From: the human T2T-CHM13v2.0 reference genome, Homo sapiens
NCBI RefSeq assembly: GCF_009914755.1
Contig: NC_060925.1
Length of the DNA stretch: 64,000 nucleotides
Direction: 5' to 3' (one strand)
The first letter of the stretch is position 1. The number at the start of each line of letters is the position of its first letter. Positions 31,860 to 48,602 of this stretch are shown here, piece after piece. Both the position numbers and the translations under genes were made by a program. The notes under the pieces are model-generated. The model was given only the letters and a program-made list of their open reading frames with translations, was not told the DNA's origin and did no database searches.

Positions 31860-34211
31860 ACATGCTTGGTGTTGCTGTTTTGTATCATTTCACCCTTTAA
31901 TCTGAAATAGAAACTTATTTATTGAGATTTGTTGATTCATGTTGCTGATGATAAATGGTAATGCCACAAGTATGGGAAGAACTTCTAAGTGTGTGGTAAT
32001 TCAGCCTTTTTCTTTTTTTGGACGCTCTTTCCCTCTGCACCTTGATCTTGAAAAGCCTGGCAAAGAGTTTGTTCAGAGACAAATCTTTAAAGTCTCTCCA
32101 GGCCTCAGCAATATCATGTTGTAAATAATCCTCTTACTGGTGCTAAGCTTTTCATGAAGCAGTGAAGAAAATAAGATGTAAATCCCAATCAAATGAGGCC
32201 TTGTTGCATAGTGTATCAGAAAACAGCTGAGAACTCAAACAGCAACTGCTTTTTCTTTTTCAGGAAACTTTCTATAATAATACCAATACAACCAAAGACT
32301 ATTATTCTGAACAGAAAACAAGAAATACAGCTGGAGCTATTTCCTATCTACCTGATGAAGGGCACTACCAGGCGGTCACTCTGGCTCTGTCCACCGATGC
32401 CTGTGCCCACTTTGTGCGACGTAGCTTCCATGGAGACAAGAGCAATGGTAATGGAAGAAGAAAGTCTGGATGTACTCTTGCAGAAGCAGAAAGCTTCATG
32501 GAACAATATTAATCTTCTGGTCATCTCTGTGCTGGTCTAGTTGCCCATAAAGTTGTCAGATTGACTTTGGATTTAAAGCCTGAAAATGAGTCCCAAGGAA
32601 ATCCGTTGACATGAGGCCCAAGGAAGACAGTTTTTGGAAGGGGCAAGGTAGGAAGGATGGTTTGGTCACTGTGAGGAAGAGGAGGGTAGAAAAGCATCAG
32701 GACATCAGAATCTTTAGGAAGTGGCTACTGATAATCAAGCAGAGCTTTCTCCCTGTGGGTCTCTATCCGTTTAGCGGCTTCTTGTGCTAAGCAACTCAGT
32801 GACTGCCCTCTGCTCCAGATGTGACCTTCAGCCTCCGCTGCTCCTTTCTGCTGGCAATGCTCAGTGTAATTTCAGCCACAGAGGAAAGGAGGTGAAGTGA
32901 ACATCAGTGGGAGCCTAAAAAGTTAAACAACAGACATGTTTTCCCAGTGTAGAGAAAAGCTTGCTTCTCCACCCCCAGGACTTTGTGCCCTGCTCACCTG
33001 GAAGGTAAGCAACAAGCTGCTGGGGCACGAGAAGCCTGTGAGTGGCTGAGAGCGATGACGAGCTCATCCCTTCCTTTAGGCACCTCACCTTCCGCGTCAA
33101 CCATTTTGGTGGTTTCTTAGATTGTTTCCCTGCCTTCTATTGTCTCTTCTCATTCAGAGTTCATTCTGATGACAGCCACTAAATTAGTCATCCTCAGGAA
33201 GAGCCTGGGTCATGCCTCAAACTCTGCAGAGGCTACTGAGGGCTCACTGAATGGTGCTCAAGCCCCTCACCTGCCCCTCGAGACCTGGTATAGTCGGGCT
33301 CTGCTTCCCTTTCCCCATCTGTGCTGCTTACACTCCGTTGGACCCTTCAGGTGCATTCTCTGCCCTGCTGTGGGATTTGGGGGCTTGGCTTCTACATGCC
33401 TCACTGGGGCTTCCTCACTCTGGCTTTTCACTGGGTTTGGCCACTGACAGAGGGAGGTGGATGTCTGGATACTTATTCCTCCCCTCTCTTCCTGGCAGTC
33501 CTTGATTCTGGCAGTAACCAAGTCTTGTTTCTCTACCCAGGCCATGACTCACATCAAGCAACCCCTCTTTCACAGGGTTCTGGTAACTCCACTTCTTTTG
33601 CCCCTTCAGATCCATAGGTGGAAATAGCCACATGCTGTTGCTCATCTCTGTTGGCTTTGGCATCCCAGGGTGGATACTTTACTTTGCCCATTCCTCTTAA
33701 AGAACAGATTTATTCAATAATTTCCCTTTACTTTCTTGGGTGTGTCACCTCTTTCTTGCTGGAATCCTGTCTCCATCCTGTCCTCTCTTGTCCAAGCAAA
33801 AGAGCCACTTGCTATTCCTCGAACATAGCACTTTCTCTTCTCTGTGACTTTTCATTTCCCAGCTTTCTTCATCTAGTCCCAAGGAAACTCAGGTTTGGAG
33901 GATCCTACTCAGTAATCAGGTCCAGTAATCAGATGCTTCAATTCTCTCTGCATCTCCCACTAAATGATTGTCTAGTCTTTGTTTAAATATTTGTAAGGCA
34001 GGAATTCATTGCCTCTTAAGGCATCAGTATTTATTCATTCAGTTCGTTCAGTGAATATTGTTGTTGCCTCCTACCATGTGCCAAGTGCTATGCATGGTGT
34101 CTCTCCTCAAGAAGCTCAAAACAGTGAGGAGATGAATGTATGAATAAGCAATTTTGGGACAATGTGATATGGATTACTTTGGTGTTATTCAGAAGTGCTT
34201 TGAGAGCATAG

Positions 34212-34460
<249 letters not shown>

Positions 34461-34489
34461 TGATTATCATGGAATCCCCTTTATTTAGC

Positions 34490-34860
34490 ATTTTATGAGG
34501 CTGAAATCAAGGTGTCAGCCTGGCTGAATTTTTCCCTGAAGGAAAGTTTTTTTTCTGAAGGAAAAGTCCAGTTCCAAGCTCATTTTTGTTATTGGCAGAA
34601 TTCAATCCTTTGCATTTGTAGTATTGAGGTCCCCATTTTTTTAGTAGTTACTGCCAGCCAGAGAAGACTCTGCCTTTAAAAGGGTCATGCAATTAGGTCA
34701 GGACCACCTGGATAATCTCCCTTTCTAAAGTTAACTCTGCCATATAAGGTGACCTAATCCTGGGGGGCAAATCCATCAAACTCCCAATCTGGGGGATTAG
34801 GTGGAGCATGTACACCAGAGGAAGAAGAGGGAAATCTTGGGGATAATCCTAGAATTCTGG
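34490..34860 (-). mobile_element. MLT1 LTR fragment
   Basis: gaggctgaaatcaaggtgtcagc..ggataatctccctttctaaagttaac. Confidence 0.7.
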
Positions 34861-35114
34861 TAGAAAGTGACATAAATTGAAAATAGTATACATGATATGT
34901 TGAATCAAAATAGTCACGCTTAATCAATGGTTTCAGAAATCAAGACAGTAATGATCCTTAGGGTCAAGGAGGGAGAGAAACAATAGCATACATGAAAAGT
35001 AAGTATTCAGTCAGTGGGTACACACTCATTGCCTTCCAGATGCTAAAGAGAACCTAGCCATGTCATGCTGGACTTATGGCCTACAAAACTATGCACTAAT
35101 AAGTGGGATTTTTT

Positions 35115-35339
35115 TTTAATGTTACTTTAAGTTCTGGGATACATTTGCAGAACGTGCAGGTTTGTTACATAGGTATATATTGCCATGGTGGTTTGCTGTA
35201 CTTATCATCTAGGTTTTAAGCCCCACATGCATTAGGTATTTGTCCTAATGCTCTCCCTCCCCTTGACCCCCATCCCCGACAGGCCCCGGAGTCTGATGTT
35301 CCCCTCCCTGTGTCCACATGTTCTCATTGTTCAACTCCC
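35115..35339 (-). mobile_element. Short L1PA (approx. L1PA8-10) 3' end inserted in an MLT1 3' end
   Basis: 3'UTR sequence; 16-bp TSD ataagtgggatttttt (35099-35114) / ataagttggatttttt (35340-35355). Confidence 0.9.
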
Positions 35340-35698
35340 ATAAGTTGGATTTTTTAAAGCTGCTAAATTTGTGGTAATTGTTACTCATCGATAGAAAAGT
35401 AATACAAGACCTCAAATCCTGACCAGTCTGTGGGTAGTAATCTCATAAAACAAGTTGCCTCATTATATAAACATTTTGCAGCTACTTTATTACAGAGGAG
35501 TCATCAGGAAGTTACGTTGCTTAAAACTAGGCATGTTGTAGACACTTTCATAAGATTGATTTATGGCCAAGATGACCTTTAGTCTATACCAGTTTTATCA
35601 GATTTCAAGAATAAAATGATTCCATCATAGTAGTGTTTTTTTTTTTTTCTCTAAGCTTGACTATTAGCTCAAATGATTGTCAAGAGCTCTGCATTTAC

Positions 35699-35948
35699 CT
35701 GGAAATATAGAAATGCTGAATTCTAGGTATTTGTCAGCCAGTGAGTTTGAAACCTGGCTTTGCTTATTAGTATATGTATGCCATGCACAAGTTACCCCCT
35801 TAAAAACCTTAAGCTTTTCATTTGTAAAATGGGCATAGTAGCTCCTACCTTGCAAGCTGTCTGTAAGGCTTGAAGATGGGGTATATGAAGTGCTACTCTA
35901 CTTCTTCATATCCTCTCCTTCATCTTTTCTTGGTCCTTTATCCCTTTC
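35699..35948 (+). repeat. Left arm of inverted duplication (contains a MIR core)
   Basis: Reverse complement aligns to 37167-37414; mirrored ORFs 35664(-) and 37258(+). Confidence 0.93.
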
Positions 35949-37166
35949 TTTTTTTTAAGATGTGATTTTACAGAAAGATACTAAAAATAAACAAAGGAAA
36001 GCAAATGTTAGGAAAAGCCTTTTAGGTTTTATCATTAATTTCTTTTGTGAGTTCACTTGTCTATAAAGTTATACTTGGTACCATAACGAACACTGAGGAG
36101 AAATGTTTCCTGCCCGAAGGGGACAGACATTCTGAAGGAGACGGGATGGCTTCACATAAGCTATCTTTTTATTTTTGTGTTGGCTCAGTATTCTCTTTTT
36201 CTGATTATAAGGGTGTGGTTCCTTTAGGAAGTGGGATTGCTCTAGTGTATTTTATAAGACCAGTGAAGTAATCTTTCCACTGTGACCTATCCTTGGATGG
36301 GAGAATGGGAATGGGAGGAAGAAATGTGGATTTTTTCAAGGTAGTGGCACATGAGCGACAGCCTTTGCTACTTGTGGTGTACGGGATGTTTCTGTAACAG
36401 AGCATATAAACACAACATTCATGACTAAGTGTTTTGTAGAATGGAAAAATCAATGACTAGACTAGAAAGGAAACCATCATTATGGACAAATACCATGGCT
36501 GGTGTCAGTTGCACAGAAGGACCATAGATCTGATGTAGGCACTGTTGAAGATGCCCAAGTTATTCAAAAGCCATTAAAAAATCAGTTTGAATTTTTCCAA
36601 TTGTTTCCCGAAACACACAGATTGAAAATCCTGTGTGGTTGACTTTGGCTGCTGTTACATGAAATTTTACAAAGCTTAGGAGATCTATTTTTTTTTTCCA
36701 TAAAAACCAGTGGAATTCTAATGTGACACTTGGGAATTGTGTTTGAATTCTGAATGTGTGTTTATGTCTCAATTTCCCATCAACACAGATGTTTACTTCA
36801 GAAAGACAGTCACTCTAGACATTTCCTGGACTCTCACCCAAGTTTTTCACAAGAATGTTGTATCATTATGTAAGAGAGCAGCTGCTGCTATCTTTTACAC
36901 TTTTTGGAAAGTTCTTTAATTTTTTCTTCATGAGAGTTTCCACCGGGGTGGAATCATTTTGTTTTAGTGTTAGAATCTATTGTCTTTGAAGGGAAGCTAG
37001 TTAACTCCTACAAGCTGAGGGATAGGAAAGAGAGTGGATGTAGAACTGGTCTAGCTGATATTGCTAACATAGATTGCTGTCATTGTCAAATGGGAATGAA
37101 CATTGAAATAATAAAATATCATTCTTATTCTACAATAGAGAGAAGAGGGTTAGCCCCTTGACAATG

Positions 37167-37414
37167 GAAAGGAATAAGGGAGAGAAAACAGATGAAGGAG
37201 AGTATGAAGAAGTAGAGTAGCACTTTATATACCCCATCTCCAAGCCTCACCGACAGCTTGCAAGGTAGAAGCCACTATGCCCATTTTACAAATGAAAAAC
37301 TTGAGGTTTTTAAGGGAGTAACTTGTCCATGGCATACATATAATAAAAAACAAATCCAGGTTTCACGCTTACTGGTTGACAAGTACCTGGAATTCAGCAT
37401 TTCTATGTTGCCAG
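37167..37414 (-). repeat. Right arm of inverted duplication
   Basis: About 22 substitutions over ~215 aligned bp relative to the left arm (manual count). Confidence 0.93.
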
Positions 37415-40400
37415 TTTTCCAGTATCAGATGGAAATAACCATATCTAATCAGTAATAAATGAGACAAAATTATACTCCTTACTGTATAAAGCTTTCTAAA
37501 CATTAAGTAAATTGAGCAAACTGAGACTCTAGTAAGCAGTCTTAAAGCATTTGACTCAATATGATTCAGAATCACAGTATAGTTTACAGATATTTTTATC
37601 TTTCTAATTTCTTCATTCTCTTTGCATCAAGTTAGAATGAGAGGAAAGGCCTTTATCTTGTGCTCAAATTAAGAGTTTGTTACAGAGAAAGTTGGTAGGC
37701 ATTTTTGAGCGAGGCTTTTGGAAAGATTTGGAACAGAGCTGCGGTTCTGAGAAGAATGAAAACGGTGAGTGAATCCTGTACCGGCAACTGAGGTATCCAG
37801 GTTCTCTCATTGGGAATGACTAGGTGGCTGGCATGACCCACAGAGAGCCAGGAAAAGCAGGTTGCTCTGACAGCCCACCCAGGATCTGTAAGAGGCAAGG
37901 GGAGCTCCCATCCCCAGCCAAGGGAGGCAGTGAGTGATTGTGCTACCTGCCCAGGAAATGGGCAAATTTTCCATGGATCTGTGCAACCTGCAGATCAGGA
38001 GATACCCTCATGAGCCCACACCACCAGCACCTTGGGTTCCAAGCACAGAGCTATGCAGACCCTATTTGGCCGATCCACTGGAGATTGCCTAAGACTACTG
38101 AGTTCCTGGGAGGATGGGACAGCCGCCATCACTGTGGCTACCTGCTGCCTAAGACCACTGAGTTTTTCAGGGGAGGAGTGGCAGCCATCACTGCAGCTCC
38201 AGTTTGCCGTTTTCCCCTGCTGGTGCGGGGAGACTGAGCAGTTTGGACCCAGGAAGCATTCCCCACAGCACAGCACAGCACAGCGACTGTGGCAGATCAC
38301 GGCCAGGCTGCCTGTTTAGGCCGAAGTTGGACCCATCTCTCCTCATTGAGTGGGGCCTCCCTGTGGGAATTTCAGCAACTCCAGCCTAGGGGTTTACAGA
38401 CAGAACTCTGATATGCCTAGGATGGAATCCCTGGGGTGAGGGGTGCCCGTGGTCTCTGTGGATCAGTGAACTTAGTCTTTTCCCCTGCTGGCTCTGAGGA
38501 ATCTGGGCAATCCTGATAAGCAAGATGCCCCCCAGTGCAGTGCACCTCCTCTACCAAGGGGCAGCCAGACTGCTTTGTTAAGAGGGTCCCTGATCCTGTG
38601 CCTGCTGGCTGGGTAAGATTTCCCAACAGAGGTTGCCAGACACTTTATACAGGAGAGTTCCTGCTGGCGTCAGGTCTGTCTCTGGGACAGAGCTCCCAGA
38701 GGAAGGAGCAGGCAGCCATCTTTGCTGTTCTGCAGCCTCCATTGGTGACACGTCCAGCTGCAGGAGGGAGCCAGGCAAATAGGGTATGGAGTGGACCCCC
38801 AGAAAACTGCAGCAGCCCTGTGGAAGAGGGGGCTGGCTGTTAAAAGAAAAACAAACAGAAAGCAACAACAACAATCGACAAAAAAGTCCCCACAAAAACC
38901 CCATCCAAAGGTCGGCAGCCTCAAAGATTGAAGGTAGATAAAGTCACGAAGATGATAAAGAATCAATGAGAAAACACTGAAAACTCAAAAAGCCAAAATG
39001 CCTCTTCTCCTCCAAATGATTGGAACACCTCTCCTGCAGGGCACAGAACTGGGCTGAGGCTGAGATGGATGAACTGATGGAAGTAGGCTTCAGAAGGTGG
39101 GTAGTAATGAACTTTACTGAGCTAAAGGATCATGTTCTAACCCAATGCAAAGAAGCTAAGAACCATGATAAAACACTACAGTAGCTGTTAATCAGAATAA
39201 CTAGTTTAGAGAGGAACATAAATGAGCTGAAAAACACAACATGAGAACTTCACAATGCAACCACAAATAGCAATAGCCAAATAGACCAAGAGGAGGAAAG
39301 AATTTCAGAGCTTGAAGACTGTTTTGCTGAAATAAGACAGGCAGACAAGATTAGAGAAAAAAGAATGAAAAGAAATGAACAAAACCTCTGAGAACTATGG
39401 GATTATGTAAAAAGACTGAACCTCTAAGTGATTGGGGTACCTGAAAGAGATGGGGAAAGTGAAACCAAGTTGGAAAACATACTTCAGGATATCATCCAGG
39501 AGAACTTCCACAACCTAGCAAGACAGGCCAACATTCAAATTCAGGAAATCCAGAGAACCCCAGTAAGATACTCCCTGAGAAGATCAACCCCAAGACGCAT
39601 AATCGTCAGATTCTCCAAGGTCAAAATGAAAGAAAAAGTGTTAAGGGCAGCCAGAAAGAAAGGCCAGGTTGCCTACAAAGGGAAGCTCATCAGACTAACA
39701 GTGGATCTCTCAGCAGAAACCCTATACGCCAGAAGAGAGTGGGGGCCCATATTCAACATTCTTAAAGAATTTCCAACCCAGAATTTCATATCTGGCAAAA
39801 CTAAGCTTCATAAGTGAAGGAGTAATAAAATCCCTTTCAGATAAGCAGATGCTGAGGTAATTTATCATCACCAGGCTTGCCTTGCAAGAGCTCCTGAAGG
39901 AAGCACTAAATATGGAAAGGAAAAATCATTACCAGCCACTACAAAAACACACTGATGTACACAGACCAATGACAGTATGAAGCAACTACATCAATAAGTC
40001 TGAAAAATAACCAGCTAGCATCATAATGACAGGATCAAATTCACACATAACAATATTAACCTTAAATGTAAATGGATTAAATGCCCAATTAAAAGACACA
40101 GAATGGCAAGCTGGATAAAGAGTCAAGACCCATCGATGTGTTATATTCAAGAGACCCATCTCATGTGCAAAGACACACATAGGCTCAAAATAAAGGGAGG
40201 GAGGAAAATTTATTAAGCAAATGGAAAACAGAAAAAAGCAGAGGTTGCAATCCTAGTTTATAACAAAGCAGGCTTTAAGCCAACAAAGATCAAAAAAGAC
40301 AAAAAAGAGCATAGCACAATGGTGAAGTGTTCAAGTCAACAAGAAGAGCTAACTATCCTAACTATATATGCACCCAATACAGGAGCACCCAGATTCATAA

Positions 40401-43052
40401 AACAAGTTCTTAGAGACCTCCAAAGAGACTTAGACTCCCACACAATAATAGTGGGAGACTTTAACACCCCACTGTCCACATCAGACAGATCATCAAGACA
40501 AAAAATTAATAAAGATATTCAGGACTTGAACTCAGCTCTGGATCAAGTGGACCTGATAGATATCTACAGGACTCTACACCCAAAAATGACATAATATACA
40601 TTCTTCTCAGCGCCACATGGCACTTACTCTAAAATCAGTCACATAATTTGAAGTAAAACAATCCTCAGCAAATGCAAAAGAACTGAAATAACAGTCTCTC
40701 ACAATCAAATTAGAACTAAAGATTAAGAAACTCATTTATAACCACACAACTGTAGGGAAATTGAACAACCTGATCCTGAATCACTTCTGGGTAAATAATG
40801 AAATTAAGGCAGAAATCAAGTTCTTTGAAACCAATGAGAACAAAGAGACAATGTACCAGAATCTCTGGGACGCAGCTAAAGCAGTGTTAAGAGGGAAATC
40901 TATAGCACTAAACTCCCACATCAAAAAGCTAGAAAGATCTCAAATTGACATTCTAACATGACAACCAAAAGAACTAGAGAACCAAGAGCAAACAAACCCT
41001 AAAGCTAGCAGAAGACAAGAAATAACCAAGATAAGCGTGAAACTGAAGGAGAGAGAGACATGAAAAACCCTTCAAAAAAATCAACAAATACAGGTTGTTG
41101 AAAAAATTAATAAAATACACCACTAGCTAGACTAATAAAGAAGAAAAGAGAGAAGAATCAAATAGACACAACAAAAATGGTAAATGGGATATCACTATTG
41201 ACTGCACAGAAATAGAAACAACCATCAGAGGATACTATGAACGCATGTATGCAAATAAACTAGAAAATCTAGAAGAAAGGAATAAATTCCTGGACACATA
41301 CACCCTCTAAGACTGAACCAGGAAGAAGTTGAATCTCTGAAGAGACCAAAAACAAGTTCTAAAATTGAGGCAGTAATAAATAGCCTACCAACCAAAAAAA
41401 GCCCCAAACCAGATGGATTTACAGCTGAATTCTAACAGAGGTACAAAGAAGAGCTGGGACCATTTCCTCTTAATCTATTCCAAACAATTGAGGAGGAAAG
41501 CCTCATCTCTTACTCATTCTATGAGGCCAGCATCATACTGACACCAAAACCTGTCAGAGATAAAACAGAAAAAGAAAACTTCTGGCCAATATCTCTAATG
41601 AACATTGATACAGAAATCCTCAATAAAATATTGGCAAACTGAATTCAGCAGCACATCAAAAAGCTTATCCACTATGATCAAGCTGGCTCATTCCTGGGTT
41701 GCAAGCGTCGTTCAACATATGCAAATCAATAAATGTAACTCATCACATAAACAGAACTAAAGACGAAAACCACATGATTATCTCAATAGACAAAGAAAAG
41801 GCCTTTGATAAAATTCAACATACCTTCACATTACAAACTCTCAATAAACTAGGCATTGATGGAACATACTTCAAAATAGTAAGAGCCATTTATGACAAAC
41901 ACACAGCCAATATCATACTTAATGGGCAAAAGCCGGAAGCACTCCCCTTGAAAACAGGCACAAAACAAGGATATCCTCTCTTACCACTCCTATTCAACAT
42001 AGTATTAGAAGTTCTGGCAAGGGCAATCAGGCAAGAGAATGAAATAAAGGTATTCAAATAGGAAGAGAGGAAATCAAACTGTATCTGTTTGCAGATGACA
42101 TTATCTTATATCTAGAAAACTCCATCAACTCAGCCCCAAAGCTTCTTAAGCTGATAAGCAACTTCAGCAAATTCTCAGGATACAAAATAATCTGCAAAAG
42201 TCACAAGCATTCCCGTACACCAGCAATAGACAAGCAGACAGCCAAATCATGAATGAACTCCCATTCACATTTGCTACAAAGAGAATAAAATATCTAGGAA
42301 TACAGCTAACGAGGAAAGTGAAGGACTTCTTCAGGGAGAACTACAAACCACTGCTCAAGGAAATAAGAGAGGACACAAACAAATGGAAAATCATTCCATG
42401 CCTATGGATAGGAAGAATCAATATTATGAAAATGGCCATACTACCCAAAGTAATTTATAGATTCAATGCTATTCCCATTAAACTACCACTGACATTCTTC
42501 ACAGAATTAAAAAAGCCTACTTTAAAATTCATATAGAACCAGAAATATTCTGTATAGCCAAGACAATCCTAAGTAAACAGATCAAAGCTGGAGGCATCAT
42601 GCTACCTGACTTCATACTATACTACAAGGCTACAGTAACCAAAACAGCATGGTACTGGTACAAAAACAGACATGTGGATCAATGGAGCAGAATAGAGAAC
42701 TCAGAAATAAGACCACACATCTACAACCATCTGATCTTTGATAAACCTGAAAAAGCAAGCAATGGGGAAAGCATTCCCTATTTAATAAATGGTACTGGGA
42801 GAACTGGCTAGCTATATGCAGAAAATTGAAACTGGATCCCTTCCATATACCTTATACAAAGGTTAACTCAAGATAGAATAAAAACTTAAAGGTAAAACCC
42901 CAAATTGTAGAAACCCTGGAAGAAAATCTAGGCAATACCATTCAGGACATAGGCATGGGCAAGGATTTCATGATGAAAACGTGAAAAGCAATGGCCACAA
43001 AAGCAAAAATTGAAACATGGAATCTAATTAAACTACAGAGCCTCTGCACAGC

Positions 43053-43127
43053 AAAAAAAAAAAAAATATATGTATATGTATACATATATACATATATATA
43101 CACACATATATATGTATATATATATAA
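43053..43127. repeat. A-run plus (TA/CA)n microsatellite inside L1 ORF2
   Basis: Direct read. Confidence 0.9.
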
Positions 43128-43417
43128 ACTCATAAGAGTGAACAGACAACCTACAGAATGGGAGAAAATTTTTGCAATCTGTCCATCTGACAAAGGTCCA
43201 ATATACAGAATCTAAAAGGAACTTAAACAAACTTACAAGAAAAAAACCAAACAACCCCATTAAAAAGTGGGCAAAGGACATGAACAGCACTTCTCAAAAG
43301 AAGACACTTATGTGCCCAAAATACATGAAAAAAAAACTAACATCACTGATAATTACAGAAATGCAAATCAAAACCACAATGAGATACCATCTCATGCTAG
43401 TCAGAATGGCAATTATT

Positions 43418-43531
43418 ATTATTATTATTATTTATTATTATTATTATACTTTAAGTTTTAGGGTACATGTGCACAATGTGCAGGTTTGTTACATATGTAT
43501 ACATGTGCCATGTTGGTGTGCTGCACCCATT
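43418..43531 (-). mobile_element. 114-bp antisense L1PA (approx. PA4-5) 3' end with (TAA)n tail nested in the older L1
   Basis: Perfect 13-bp TSD aatggcaattatt at 43405-43417 and 43532-43544. Confidence 0.93.
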
Positions 43532-44239
43532 AATGGCAATTATTAAAAAGTCAAGAAACAACAGATGCTGACAAGGCTGTGGAGAAATAAGAATGCTTTT
43601 ACACTGTTGGTGGGAATGTAAATTAGTTCAACCATTGTGGAAGACAGTGTGGTTATTTCTCAAAGACCTAGAACCAGAAATACTGTTTTGCCCCAGCAAT
43701 CCCATTACTGGGTATATATCCAAAGGAATATAAATCATTCTATTATAAAGATATATGCATGCATGTGTTCATTGCAGCACTATTCACAATAGCAAAAACA
43801 TGGAATCAACTCATATGCCCAACAATGATAGGCTGGATAAACAAAGTGAGGTACATATACACTATGGAATACTGTGCAACAATAAAAAGGAAAGAGATCA
43901 TGTCCTTTGCAGGGACATGGATGGAGCTGGAGGCCATTATTCTCAGCAAACTAATGCAAGAACAGAAAACCAAACGCTGCATGTTGTCACTTATAAGTGG
44001 GAGCTGAACAATAAGAACACATAGACACTGGGAGGGGAAAAACACACACTTGGGCCTGTTGTGGCAGAGTTGTGTGTGGGGAGGGAGAACATCAGGAAAA
44101 ATAGGTGATGGGTTGACAGGTGCAGCAAACCACCATGGCACATGTTTACCTATGTAATAAACATGTACATCCTGCACATGTATCCTGGAACTTAAAATAA
44201 AATAGAAAAAAGAGTTGGAACAACTATTCAAACTAGGCA

Positions 44240-47958
<3,719 letters not shown>

Positions 47959-47959
47959 G

Positions 47960-48388
47960 TTACTTGGTTGTGGTCTATTATTCTTTAAATGTACTAAAGA
48001 ATTTAGTTGGCTAATATTTTAAAGAGTTTTCTTTTTCTACTGCTATATTTTTGTGTGATATATTTGTTAGGATTTTTTTCTCCATCAGGAATGAGCTAGC
48101 TTCATAAATAAATTGATAAAATTTCTCTCATTTTCTGTAACTCTGGAACAGTATAAATAGCAGAGGAATGACTGATTTCTGAAGGCTTAGAAGAACTCAC
48201 TGGGTCCAGGAAGTTTTAAGAGTCTCTAGCTAGTGATCTATCTATTTTGTTAATTTTTTTCAAAAACCCAGCTCCTGGAGTCATTGATATTTTGAATGGT
48301 TTTTTGTATCTCAATCTCTTTCAGTTCAACTCTGATTTCAGTTATTTCTTGTTTTCTGCTAGCTTTGGGGTTGGTTTGCTCTCTTGCC
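47960..48388 (-). mobile_element. Two antisense L1 ORF2 fragments (older L1M ~47960-48210; L1P-like 48225-48388)
   Basis: ctagctagtgatctatctattttgttaat..ctagctttggggttggtttgctc is antisense ORF2 just after the EN domain. Confidence 0.65.
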
Positions 48389-48538
48389 AGTGTGTGCAGA
48401 GGGCATTCTTTGATAATTTTTTTTTAATATCAAGTCTCAATTGAAGATCAATCCTCAATATAAGATAAAGTCAATATAGAAAGTGTAAAAAATTGGGTTG
48501 GAACTACATCAAAATATGTCCCTGAAATAAAATCATCT

Positions 48539-48602
48539 CCCCTCCCTCCCTCCCTCCCTCCCTCCCTTCCTTCCTTCATGCCTTCCTTCCTTCCTTCCTT
48601 CC
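48539..48602. repeat. (CCCT)n(CCTT)n polypyrimidine repeat
   Basis: Direct read; (GGGA)n on the minus strand. Confidence 0.95.

Larger units (their letters stand above)
37736..44208 (+). mobile_element. Near full-length decayed L1 (approx. L1PA12-13): 5'UTR, ORF1, ORF2, 3'UTR
   Basis: ORF1 remnant (IGVPERDGE, 39428), EN (IYAPNTGAP, VGDFNTPL), RT and C-terminal remnants; TSD aaagatttggaaca (37722-37735) / aaagagttggaaca (44209-44222). Confidence 0.93.

Noticed and set aside
35664-37455. Two paralogous small proteins MQGRS(Y/H)YAHFTNEKL...
   Set aside because: TTG-started frames through an antisense MIR core; their similarity is just the DNA inverted duplication.
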